Shown here piece after piece: positions 1 through 8,529 of a stretch of 64,000 bases of DNA. The notes beneath the pieces were generated by a model. The model ran no database searches and was not told the DNA's origin. It saw nothing but the letters and a program-made list of their open reading frames with translations. Source of the DNA: Mycobacterium sp. (GTDB lineage Bacteria; Actinomycetota; Actinomycetes; Mycobacteriales; Mycobacteriaceae); the NCBI GenBank assembly GCA_020438845.1, contig JAGQTV010000045.1, positions 16,235 through 80,234 of the forward strand. The letters run 5' to 3'. The position numbers were made by a program, and so were the translations under genes. The number at the start of each line of letters is the position of its first letter. Within the stretch, counting starts at the first letter, position 1.

Positions 1-756
1 AGTAAGGTAACTGGCATAGTCGCTGGCTAGAAACGCGATCGTTGCGGCGACTTCCCACGGCTCGGCGGCCCGCCCGAAGGCCTCGCTCGTTGAAAGCCGG
101 TCGAGCAATTCAGCCGAACTGGTCTTCTCCAGGAACTTGTGGCGGGCGATGCTGGGCGAAACGGCGTTGATCCGCACCCCGTATTCGACGGCTTCGATTG
201 CGCTGCAACGAGTCAACGCCATCACACCAGCCTTGGCGGCGGCGTAATGCGACTGCCCGGCCTGCGCTCGCCAGCCCAGCACGCTAGCGTTATTGACTAT
301 CGCCCCACCGTGGCCGGCTTCGCGAAAGTAACTCAACGCCGCCCGCGTTGCCCGCATCACCGAAGTCAGCGAGACGTTCAGGACGCGGTCCCACTCGTCG
401 TCGGTCATGTCGATCACCGCTGTCTGCCCACCCAGTCCGGCGTTGTTCACCAGCACATCGAGCCGACCGAACCTGGCTGTTGCGGACGAGATCAAAGCGT
501 CCACCTGAGCGGAGGACGTGACATCACAAACCACGCTCTCGACCCGTCCGAGACCCAACGCGGACAGCGCATCACGTGCTTCACTTAGGCGGCGTTCGTG
601 ATGGTCCGAGACCATCACATCGGCACCTTCCAGCAGGACGCGACGTGCAGTGGCCGAGCCGATTCCAGTTCCCGCAGCAGCGGTGACCACCACGACCTTG
701 CCGGCCAGCAGTCCATGACCCGCGACCTCTGGCGACGCGCTGTTCAACCCGTTCAC
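1..756 (-). CDS. ipdF: Short-chain dehydrogenase of the KstR2/HIP pathway (Rv3559c orthologue); 3' end runs off the window
   Basis: Translated by hand from GTG at 756 (GTGA overlap with the fadE30 stop): ...GLLAGKVVVVTAAAGTGIG...VLVNNAG...SHYAAAKAG. SDR motifs present; position downstream of fadE30. Confidence 0.88.
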   Translation of the reverse strand, partial: MNGLNSASPEVAGHGLLAGKVVVVTAAAGTGIGSATARRVLLEGADVMVSDHHERRLSEARDALSALGLGRVESVVCDVTSSAQVDALISSATARFGRLDVLVNNAGLGGQTAVIDMTDDEWDRVLNVSLTSVMRATRAALSYFREAGHGGAIVNNASVLGWRAQAGQSHYAAAKAGVMALTRCSAIEAVEYGVRINAVSPSIARHKFLEKTSSAELLDRLSTSEAFGRAAEPWEVAATIAFLASDYASYLT

Positions 757-1904
757 GAACCCCTGGCCTCCCTGGGCAGCCCGAGCACACGCTCAGCGAT
801 GATGTTGCGCTGAATCTCGTTCGAGCCGCCGTAGATGGTGTCGGCGCGGGAGAAGAGGAACAGGCGCTGCCATTCATCGAATTCGCCTTCGGCCAAGACA
901 AGTCCCGCCTTGCCTTTGACCTCGAAGGCCAACTCGCCGAGGTCGCGGTGCCAGTTGGCCCACAGCAACTTGGACACGTTGTCCTGGCCGGGTGATTCGT
1001 GGTCCATGGTCGCCATTGCATAAGACCGCATGGTCTGCAGTCCGGCCCAGGACCGGGTGAGACGCTCCCTGATCACGGGGTCATCCACAGCGCCGTTCCT
1101 CTTGGCCAGCTCGACCACTCCGGAAAGTTCACGTGCATAACGGATCTGCTGGCCGAGCGTCGACACACCGCGCTCGAACATCAGGGTGGCCATGGCGACC
1201 CGCCAGCCGTCACCGGGCTCGCCTACCACCAGATCGGCATCCGTGCGGGCGTCGGTGAAGAAAACTTCGTTGAATTCCGAGTCGCCAGTCAGCTGCACGA
1301 TCGGCCGGATTTCCACCCCCGGCTGGTTGAGCGGAACAAGGAGATAAGACAGCCCGGCGTGGCCCTTGCTGCCTTTGCCGTTGCGGGCCAACACAAAGCA
1401 CCATCGGGCCCAATGGGCCAACGACGTCCATACCTTCTGGCCGTTGATGACCCAATGCGGCCCGTCGCGGACTGCGGAGGTGGAGACATTGGCCAGATCG
1501 CTGCCGGCTCCCGGCTCGGAATAGCCCTGACACCACAACTCGGCCACGTCTCGGATCGCAGGTAGGAACCGCTTCTGCTGCGCGGCGGTTCCGTAGGCGA
1601 TCAAAGTCGGGCCAAGAAGTTCCTCGCCGAGGTGGTTGACCTTGTCCGGGGCGTCCGCTTTCGCATATTCCTCGTAAAAGGCTACGCGGTGGGCCACTGA
1701 CAGACCCCGGCCGCCGTGCTCAACCGGCCAGCCCAGACAGGTCAACCCGGCGGCGGCCAGGTGCCGATTCCAGGCGAGGCGCTCCTCGAATGCCTCGTGC
1801 TCGCGGCCCGGGCCCCCCAGACCTTTGAGAGCGGCGTAGTCACCGACCAGGTTGTCGCAGAGCCACTGGCGGACTTCCGCCCGAAACTCCTCGACCGCGA
1901 TCAC
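753..1904 (-). CDS. fadE30: Acyl-CoA dehydrogenase FadE30 (IpdE1)
   Basis: WCQGYSEPGAGSDLA, NGQKVWTS and TIYGGSNEIQRNIIAERVLGLPRE motifs; divergent from fadD3 across a KstR2 operator. Confidence 0.9.
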   Translation of the reverse strand: MIAVEEFRAEVRQWLCDNLVGDYAALKGLGGPGREHEAFEERLAWNRHLAAAGLTCLGWPVEHGGRGLSVAHRVAFYEEYAKADAPDKVNHLGEELLGPTLIAYGTAAQQKRFLPAIRDVAELWCQGYSEPGAGSDLANVSTSAVRDGPHWVINGQKVWTSLAHWARWCFVLARNGKGSKGHAGLSYLLVPLNQPGVEIRPIVQLTGDSEFNEVFFTDARTDADLVVGEPGDGWRVAMATLMFERGVSTLGQQIRYARELSGVVELAKRNGAVDDPVIRERLTRSWAGLQTMRSYAMATMDHESPGQDNVSKLLWANWHRDLGELAFEVKGKAGLVLAEGEFDEWQRLFLFSRADTIYGGSNEIQRNIIAERVLGLPREARGS

Positions 1905-1919
1905 CCCTGTAGGCTACCT

Positions 1920-1933
1920 ACCAAGCACTTGCT
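1920..1933. promoter_or_regulatory. KstR2 operator ACCAAGCACTTGCT
   Basis: Exact match to the KstR2 consensus AnCAAGnnCTTGnT, in the fadE30-fadD3 intergenic region. Confidence 0.9.
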
Positions 1934-1952
1934 TTGTTAGGGGACGCCCGGC

Positions 1953-3506
1953 ATGCCACCACCACTGACCACGCCCGCCGTGCTCAACCGGATGGCGTTC
2001 GACTTCGCCGACCACCTCGCCCTCGTCACCGATGACCGCAGCTTCACCTTCGCCGAACTGCATGATGAAGTCCGCCGCACCGCCGCTGCCCTCGCAGGAC
2101 TCGGTGTGAGCCAAAGTGACCGGGTGGCGATCTGGTCGCCCAACACGTGGCACTGGGTCGTCGCCTGCCTTGCGATCCATTACGCAGGGGCGGTCGTCGT
2201 TCCGATCAACACTCGCTACACCGCCGAGGAAGCTACCGACATCCTCGGTCGCACCGCCGCAAGACTTCTCATCGGGATGGGACGGTTTCTGGGTACCGAC
2301 CGGGTCAGCGAATTGGACCGCGGGGCTCTCCCCGGTTTGCGCCATATCGTGCGGGTGCCTGTTCAGGATGCAGACGGCCCTGAGACGACAGACGGCGATT
2401 GGGAAGGGTTCCTCGCCGGTCCGCAAGTCCCGACGTCGGAGGTCGACGGCCGGGCCGCGGCGGTGCACACCGACGACGTCTCCGACATCCTGTTCACCTC
2501 CGGCACCACCGGCCGCAGCAAGGGCGTGCTCTGTGCACACCGGCAATCGCTCTCGGCGTCAGCGGCCTGGGCGCAATGCGGCCGGATCACCGCCGCCGAC
2601 CGCTATCTGTGCATCAACCCGTTCTTTCACAATTTCGGTTACAAGGCCGGCATCCTGGCCTGCCTGCAGACCGGTGCGACGTTGATCCCGCAACTGACGT
2701 TCGACCCCGAATTGGCGATGCGCACGATTCAAGAGCACAGGGTCACTGTGTTGCCCGGTCCGCCGACCGTCTACCAGACTCTGCTGGACCACCCGGCACG
2801 CGGAAACTTCGATCTCAGCTCGCTGCGGTTCGCGGTCACCGGAGCGGCCAATGTGCCTGTCGTACTCGTCGAGCGGATGCAACGCGAACTGGACTTCGAC
2901 ACCGTCCTGACCGGCTACGGCCTGACCGAGGCCACGGGTTTCGGCACCATGTGCCGCCCCGAGGACGACCCGGACACCGTCGCCACCACCTGTGGACGCC
3001 CGATCGCCGGCTTCGAACTGCGCATCGACACCCCAGACGACACCGGGGCCGGCGAGGTGTTGTTGCGCGGGCCCAACGTCATGCTGGGCTATCTCGACGA
3101 CCCGATGGCCACCGCCACGGCAATCGACCCGCAAGGCTGGCTGCACACCGGCGACATCGGCACAGTCGATGCGGCCGGCAACCTGCGGATCACCGACCGT
3201 CTCAAGGACATGTACATCTGTGGCGGCTTCAACGTCTATCCCGCCGAGATCGAGCAGGTACTGGCCCGACTGGACGGGATAGCGGACGTAGCGGTGATCG
3301 GCGTGGCCGACGACCGGCTCGGCGAAGTAGGACGGGCTTTTGTGGTCCGCCGTGCCGGTATCAACCTTTGCGAGCAGGACGTGATCGACTATGCCCGAAA
3401 GCATGTGGCGAACTTCAAGGCCCCTCGCTCGGTGGTCTTCCTCGAAGCACTCCCCCGCAACGCTGGCGGCAAGGTCGTCAAAACCACACTCCGAGAGATC
3501 GCCTGA
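1953..3506 (+). CDS. fadD3: HIP-CoA ligase FadD3 (AMP-binding acyl-CoA synthetase)
   Basis: ILFTSGTTGRSKG, GYGLTE and WLHTGDIG adenylation motifs; synteny. Confidence 0.92.
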   Translation: MPPPLTTPAVLNRMAFDFADHLALVTDDRSFTFAELHDEVRRTAAALAGLGVSQSDRVAIWSPNTWHWVVACLAIHYAGAVVVPINTRYTAEEATDILGRTAARLLIGMGRFLGTDRVSELDRGALPGLRHIVRVPVQDADGPETTDGDWEGFLAGPQVPTSEVDGRAAAVHTDDVSDILFTSGTTGRSKGVLCAHRQSLSASAAWAQCGRITAADRYLCINPFFHNFGYKAGILACLQTGATLIPQLTFDPELAMRTIQEHRVTVLPGPPTVYQTLLDHPARGNFDLSSLRFAVTGAANVPVVLVERMQRELDFDTVLTGYGLTEATGFGTMCRPEDDPDTVATTCGRPIAGFELRIDTPDDTGAGEVLLRGPNVMLGYLDDPMATATAIDPQGWLHTGDIGTVDAAGNLRITDRLKDMYICGGFNVYPAEIEQVLARLDGIADVAVIGVADDRLGEVGRAFVVRRAGINLCEQDVIDYARKHVANFKAPRSVVFLEALPRNAGGKVVKTTLREIA

Positions 3507-4642
3507 TGGATCTGGACTTCGACGCGGAGACCTGCGCCTTCCGCCACGAAGTGCGAGCGTTCCTGGCCGACAATAGGGCCGCGTTCCCGACGAAGTCCTA
3601 CGACACCGCCGAAGGTTTCGCCCAACACCGCCACTGGGACCGGGTGCTGTTCGACTGCGGGTTGTCGGTGATCACCTGGCCTGCGAAGTACGGCGGGCGC
3701 GATGCCAGCCTGCTGGAGTGGGTGGTGTTTGAGGAGGAGTATTTTCGCGCTGGGGCGCCGGGCCGGGCCAGCGCCAACGGCACCTCGATGCTGGCGCCGA
3801 CGCTGTTCGCTCACGGAACCGAAGAACAGTTGGACCGCGTGCTGCCGAAGATGGCCAGTGGCGAGGAGATTTGGGCTCAGGCCTGGTCGGAGCCCGAGTC
3901 CGGCAGCGACCTGGCCTCACTTCGGTCGACCGCCACTCGAACCGAGGCGGGTTGGCTCCTGAACGGACAGAAGATCTGGAGCAGCCGTGCACCGTTCGGT
4001 GACCGCGGTTTCGGGTTGTTCCGGTCTGACCCGACTGCGCAACGGCACCGCGGACTGACCTACCTGATGTTCGACTTGAGGACTGAGGGCGTAACGGTGC
4101 GGCCCATCGAACAGCTCGGGGGAGCAACGGGTTTCGGCGAGATCTTCTTCGACGACGTCTTCGTTCCGGACCGCGACGTCATCGGCGAAGTGCACGACGG
4201 CTGGCGGGCCGCGATGGCCACGTCGAGCAACGAGCGCGGCATGTCGCTGCGCAGCCCGGCGCGGTTCCTCGCCCCGGCTGAACGACTGATCCATTCGTGG
4301 CGGCAAGCAGGCTCCGACCCCGCGTTCGCCCACCGGGTGGCCGATGCGTGGATCAAAGCGCAGGCTTACCGACTGCACACCTTCGGTACCGTCACCCGCT
4401 TGGCCGAAGGCGGCGAGTTGGGCGCGGAGTCGTCGGTGACCAAGGTGTTCTGGTCTGAACTCGACGTCGACCTGCATCAGACTGCGCTGGATCTCCGGGG
4501 ACCCGACGCCGAACTCGCCGACTCGTGGACCGACGGCCTACTGTTTGCCCTGGGTGGCCCGATCTATGCCGGCACCAACGAGATTCAGCGCAATATCATC
4601 GCCGAACGCCTGTTAGGCCTGCCCCGGGAGAGCAGGCCATGA
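3506..4642 (+). CDS. fadE31: Acyl-CoA dehydrogenase FadE31
   Basis: Real start MDLDFDAET at 3506 (TGATG coupling with fadD3); WAQAWSEPESGSDLA and GPIYAGTNEIQRNIIAERLLGLP motifs. Confidence 0.9.
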   Translation: MDLDFDAETCAFRHEVRAFLADNRAAFPTKSYDTAEGFAQHRHWDRVLFDCGLSVITWPAKYGGRDASLLEWVVFEEEYFRAGAPGRASANGTSMLAPTLFAHGTEEQLDRVLPKMASGEEIWAQAWSEPESGSDLASLRSTATRTEAGWLLNGQKIWSSRAPFGDRGFGLFRSDPTAQRHRGLTYLMFDLRTEGVTVRPIEQLGGATGFGEIFFDDVFVPDRDVIGEVHDGWRAAMATSSNERGMSLRSPARFLAPAERLIHSWRQAGSDPAFAHRVADAWIKAQAYRLHTFGTVTRLAEGGELGAESSVTKVFWSELDVDLHQTALDLRGPDAELADSWTDGLLFALGGPIYAGTNEIQRNIIAERLLGLPRESRP

Positions 4643-5592
4643 GGTTCGCACTCAGCCGCGAGCAGTACGACTTCGCCGCCAGTATCGACGCGGCGCTGGG
4701 GGCCGCCGACGTTCCCGGCGTGGTTCGCGCCTGGGCCAAGGGTGACACGACTCGTGGACGGGGGCTGTGGAAGTCATTGGCCGACCTCGGCGTGACAGCA
4801 CTGGCCGTTCCGGAGGAAGTTGGTGGCATCGGCGCACATCCGGTGGATCTTGTCGTGGCATGCGAAGCCCTCGGCCGCTGGTGCGTCCCCGGACCGGTCA
4901 CGGAATCTCTTGCGGTGGCTCCGGTTCTGCTGGCCGGTGACCGGCGCAATGCGGTGCTTGCCGCCGGCGATGTGGTGGCCACCGTGGCGATGCCACCGGG
5001 CGTTCCGCGTGCGGTCGACGCCCATTTCGCCGACCTGATACTTCTCACGGACGACAACGCCGTCCGGGCGGCGAAACCCGGCTCGGAGTTCGAGTCCGTC
5101 GATCCAGCCAGGAAACTGTTCGACGTATCGGCCTCTGGGCCGTCTCAGAGTGCTGATGTAGCCCGCGCCTACGAGTTCGGCGTCCTGGCCACTGCCGCAC
5201 AGCTCGTCGGTGCCGCCCAAACGATGCTGGACAAGTCCGTGGCTTACGCCAAACAGCGCTCCCAGTTCGGTCACGTGATCGGCGGCTATCAGGCGATCAA
5301 ACACAAACTGGCCGATGTGCACATCGCGGTGGACTTGGCTCGTCCTCTGGTCTACGGCGCTGCGCTGTCCCTGGCCGCCGACTCACCACACACCGAACGT
5401 GACGTCAGTGCGGCCAAGTCGGCAGCGTCCGAGGCCGCCCTGCTCTCGGCACGGGCGGCATTGCAGACCCATGGTGCGATCGGCTACACAGCAGAACATG
5501 ATCTTTCCCAGTGGCTGCTCCGGGTCCAGGCGCTGTATTCGGCGTGGGGTGATCCGACCAGCCACCGAAACAGGGTTCTGGAGATGCTGTGA
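4639..5592 (+). CDS. fadE32: Acyl-CoA dehydrogenase FadE32
   Basis: Start MRFALSREQ at the ATGA overlap; YAKQRSQFG...YQAIKHKLAD and LQTHGAIGYT motifs; short ACAD partner subunit. Confidence 0.88.
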   Translation: MRFALSREQYDFAASIDAALGAADVPGVVRAWAKGDTTRGRGLWKSLADLGVTALAVPEEVGGIGAHPVDLVVACEALGRWCVPGPVTESLAVAPVLLAGDRRNAVLAAGDVVATVAMPPGVPRAVDAHFADLILLTDDNAVRAAKPGSEFESVDPARKLFDVSASGPSQSADVARAYEFGVLATAAQLVGAAQTMLDKSVAYAKQRSQFGHVIGGYQAIKHKLADVHIAVDLARPLVYGAALSLAADSPHTERDVSAAKSAASEAALLSARAALQTHGAIGYTAEHDLSQWLLRVQALYSAWGDPTSHRNRVLEML

Positions 5593-6527
5593 CGGCGGAA
5601 CGTGAACAGTTACGGCAGAGCATCGCCGCACTTGTTGCTAGGCACTCCTCTCCAGCGGCCGTCCGCCGGGCCATGGCCTCGGAGCGCGGGTACGACGAAC
5701 GATTCTGGTCACAGCTGTGCGACGTCGGAGCGACAGCGCTGGTGATCCCCGAAGAGTTCGGCGGTGTGGGCGGCGAATTGGCAGACGTGGCAGCTGTTCT
5801 CGAGGAACTCGGCCGCTCACTGGTACCCACGCCGCTACTGGCTAGCACGCTCGCAGCGCTGGCCCTGTTGGCTGCCGACACCCCGGACGCAGGAACCCTC
5901 GAAAGGCTTGCAGCCGGGCAGTCGATCGCTGCTGTGGTCTTCGACCAGGATTACGTTCTCAACGGAGACATTGCCGACGTCATCGTCGCCGTCGACGGCG
6001 GTCGGATCACCCGATTGGCCAACCCCATCGTCGAAGCTGTTGAGACCCTCGACCCGACACGCCGCCTCGCCCACGTCACACCTACAGTCACACAAGTGAT
6101 CGGCGCCGATCCTGGTCTGGCCGACACCGCGGCGATCCTGCTGGCCGTCGAGCAGATCGGCGCGGCATCGCACTGCCTGGAATTGACCGTTGACTACACC
6201 AAGCAACGCGTCCAGTACGGCCGTCCGATCGGCAGCTTCCAGGCACTCAAGCATCGAATGGCCGATCTGTACGTGCTGGTCCAATCCGCGCGGGCTGTTG
6301 TGGGCGACGCCATCGCCCACCCCACCCCGGTCTCGGCAACGCTGGCAAGACTGGCCGCCAGCGAGGCCTTCTGTACGGTCGCCGGTGAGGCTATCCAATT
6401 GCACGGCGGGATCGCGATCACCTGGGAGCACGACATGCATCTGTATTTCAAGCGGGCACATAGCAGTGCCCAATTGTTCGGCTCGCCCCGCCACCAGCTA
6501 CGGCGGCTTGAATCCGAGGTGCTCTAG
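5589..6527 (+). CDS. fadE33: Acyl-CoA dehydrogenase FadE33 (IpdE2)
   Basis: YTKQRVQYGRPIGSFQALKHRMAD and IQLHGGIAITWEHDMHLYFKRAH motifs; synteny. Confidence 0.88.
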   Translation: MTAEREQLRQSIAALVARHSSPAAVRRAMASERGYDERFWSQLCDVGATALVIPEEFGGVGGELADVAAVLEELGRSLVPTPLLASTLAALALLAADTPDAGTLERLAAGQSIAAVVFDQDYVLNGDIADVIVAVDGGRITRLANPIVEAVETLDPTRRLAHVTPTVTQVIGADPGLADTAAILLAVEQIGAASHCLELTVDYTKQRVQYGRPIGSFQALKHRMADLYVLVQSARAVVGDAIAHPTPVSATLARLAASEAFCTVAGEAIQLHGGIAITWEHDMHLYFKRAHSSAQLFGSPRHQLRRLESEVL

Positions 6528-6531
6528 TCCC

Positions 6532-7722
6532 GTGACCGGCCACCTGGCGAAGCGCGCCACCATCCCTCCGTTCTATGTCATGGATGTCTGGCGGGCAGCC
6601 GCTGAGCGCCAACGCACCCACGGCGATCTGGTGAACCTCTCGGCGGGCCAGCCCAGCGCCGGCGCACCCAAGCCGGTACTCACGGCAGCTGCCGAAGCCT
6701 TGGCGGCGAACCGGCTCGGATACACCGTCGCACTCGGCATACCGGAACTACGCAGCGCGGTCGCCGGTTCTTACCACGACAAATACAACCTCGACGTGAC
6801 AGCCGACGACGTGGTGTTGACCACCGGGTCCTCGGGAGGTTTCCTGCTGGCGTTCCTAGCCTGCTTCGACCCAGGCGATCGCGTGGCGATCGCCAGTCCG
6901 GGCTATCCGTGTTACCGAAACATCCTCTCCGCGTTGGGGTGCGAGGTTGTCGAGATCGAGTGCGGGCCGCAGACCCGATACCAGCCGACGGCCGACATGC
7001 TCGCCGACCTCGACCCGCCGGTGAAAGGCGTCATCGTCGCCAGCCCGGCGAACCCGACCGGAACGGTCATGCCACCCGAGGAGTTGGCCGCCATCGCCCG
7101 GTGGTGTGATGACACCGGCGCTCGTCTGATCAGTGATGAGGTCTACCACGGGCTGGTGTACCCCGGTGCGCCACAAACCTCGTGCGCCTGGCAGACATCC
7201 CGCAATGCCGTTGTTGTGAACAGCTTCTCGAAGTACTACGCCATGACCGGATGGCGGTTGGGCTGGATGCTGGTGCCCACCGAGTTGCGTCGGGCCGTGG
7301 ACTGCCTGACCGGGAACTTCACCATCTGCCCGCCGGTGCTGCCGCAATACGCAGCCGTTGCCGCCTTCACCCCGGATGCTGTCGCCGAGGCTGAGGAGCA
7401 TCTGCACCACTACGCCGGCAACCGCGAGACGCTGCTGGCCGGGCTGCGTCGACTGGGGATCACCCGGCTGGCTCCGACCGACGGCGCGTTCTACGTCTAC
7501 GGCGACGTCTCCGACTTCACCTCGGACTCAATGAAATTCTGTGAACAGCTTCTGGCCGAAACAGGTGTGGCGATCGCCCCAGGCGTGGACTTCGACACCT
7601 CGGCAGGCCACTCGTTCGTACGCCTATCCTTCGCCGGGCCGCGCCACGACATCGACCAGGCATTGGATCGCATCGGCATCTGGTTGGGACAGTCTGCGAT
7701 GCGATCCGGCCCTTCGCTGTGA
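6532..7722 (+). CDS. aspB: Class I PLP-dependent aminotransferase AspB
   Basis: GTG start at 6532; IPPFYVMDVW, SDEVYHGL and NSFSKYYAMTGWRLGW (PLP lysine) motifs; closely matches remembered Rv3565. Confidence 0.9.
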   Translation: MTGHLAKRATIPPFYVMDVWRAAAERQRTHGDLVNLSAGQPSAGAPKPVLTAAAEALAANRLGYTVALGIPELRSAVAGSYHDKYNLDVTADDVVLTTGSSGGFLLAFLACFDPGDRVAIASPGYPCYRNILSALGCEVVEIECGPQTRYQPTADMLADLDPPVKGVIVASPANPTGTVMPPEELAAIARWCDDTGARLISDEVYHGLVYPGAPQTSCAWQTSRNAVVVNSFSKYYAMTGWRLGWMLVPTELRRAVDCLTGNFTICPPVLPQYAAVAAFTPDAVAEAEEHLHHYAGNRETLLAGLRRLGITRLAPTDGAFYVYGDVSDFTSDSMKFCEQLLAETGVAIAPGVDFDTSAGHSFVRLSFAGPRHDIDQALDRIGIWLGQSAMRSGPSL

Positions 7723-7748
7723 TCCGACGCTTCGCTGCGATCCGGCGC
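7700..7748. repeat. 18-bp tandem repeat, about 2.7 copies, spanning the aspB stop
   Basis: TGCGATCCGGCCCTTCGC / TGTGATCCGACGCTTCGC / TGCGATCCGGCGC read directly. Confidence 0.8.
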
Positions 7749-7752
7749 AGGT

Positions 7753-8055
7753 CTATACCGCTCCCGTCTGCAATCGACTGAGTCCGATGCAGTCGGCGCC
7801 GGTGCAAGGAATTCCATAAAGCGTGGCTACCTGGTCAGGTCCACGCAAGTCAACCTTGCTTGCCGGTGGTTTCACACTGGGCAGGCAGCCGGCAATGAAA
7901 ATTCCGCCGGTAATGCTGTTGGGACACACCGTCGAGCCTGGACCACCGTCGAGGACTTGTAAGGGTTCCGCCTGTGCGCTCGATATCGCGACCACTCCGC
8001 TTGCCAGCAGGGCGATTGGAATCAGACTGCGGGTGAGATGAAGAAGTTTCATCAT
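7753..8055 (-). CDS. Small secreted protein with 4 Cys (mycobacterial family often labelled Ibp1-like)
   Basis: RBS GGAAGGAGGA next to ATGATG; signal peptide ending AQA-EP; C..C and GIPCTGADCIGL pattern. Confidence 0.7.
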   Translation of the reverse strand: MMKLLHLTRSLIPIALLASGVVAISSAQAEPLQVLDGGPGSTVCPNSITGGIFIAGCLPSVKPPASKVDLRGPDQVATLYGIPCTGADCIGLSRLQTGAV

Positions 8056-8529
8056 TCCTCCTTCCGCGTTAAATCTGCCGATCGGAGTCAGGCGCCACGC
8101 CCGCTCGAAACATGCAGGCGTTCAAGGGCGTCGGGTGTGGCGGAAGGAATCGCCAATCCGATGCGATCAACACGCGACATTTCCCGAAAGCGGGAGCCGG
8201 GGTCGATGCTCCGAACGCACCTCAAGTCTACGCCCTTCGCGTTGGCTATGGAATCGTTTTGTTTGCGGATTCGGCGGCACATCGCAGCGATCACGGACTC
8301 TGAAAGCCCGCGATATGGTTGGGCTGCAACGCAATCCACTCACAGGAAACGGATACCATGAGTCGACCCACGCGAGGACCACAGCGGATCTGACGTGTCG
8401 AGGCATGTGCGCCCAGATCGATACCGGAGGGAAGCTGCGCGGGCACCGTGATTCACTGATTCCACCCCTAGAACCGACCGAAGGTCTTAGCATCGGCTTT
8501 AAACTTTGCGGGGAAGGTCTGCCATCAAT

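Noticed and set aside
2399-3505. 747-aa ORF suggesting a large fused FadE31
   Set aside because: The first 369 codons are an off-frame shadow of fadD3; the real start is the coupled ATG at 3506.
8056-8529. Possible c-di-AMP (ydaO) riboswitch; the minus strand contains CCGCCGAATCCGCAA
   Set aside because: The other conserved ydaO blocks (GGAACC, GGGGTGAA, CCCGTCAGCTAAC) are not present. An Rfam/Infernal scan would settle it.
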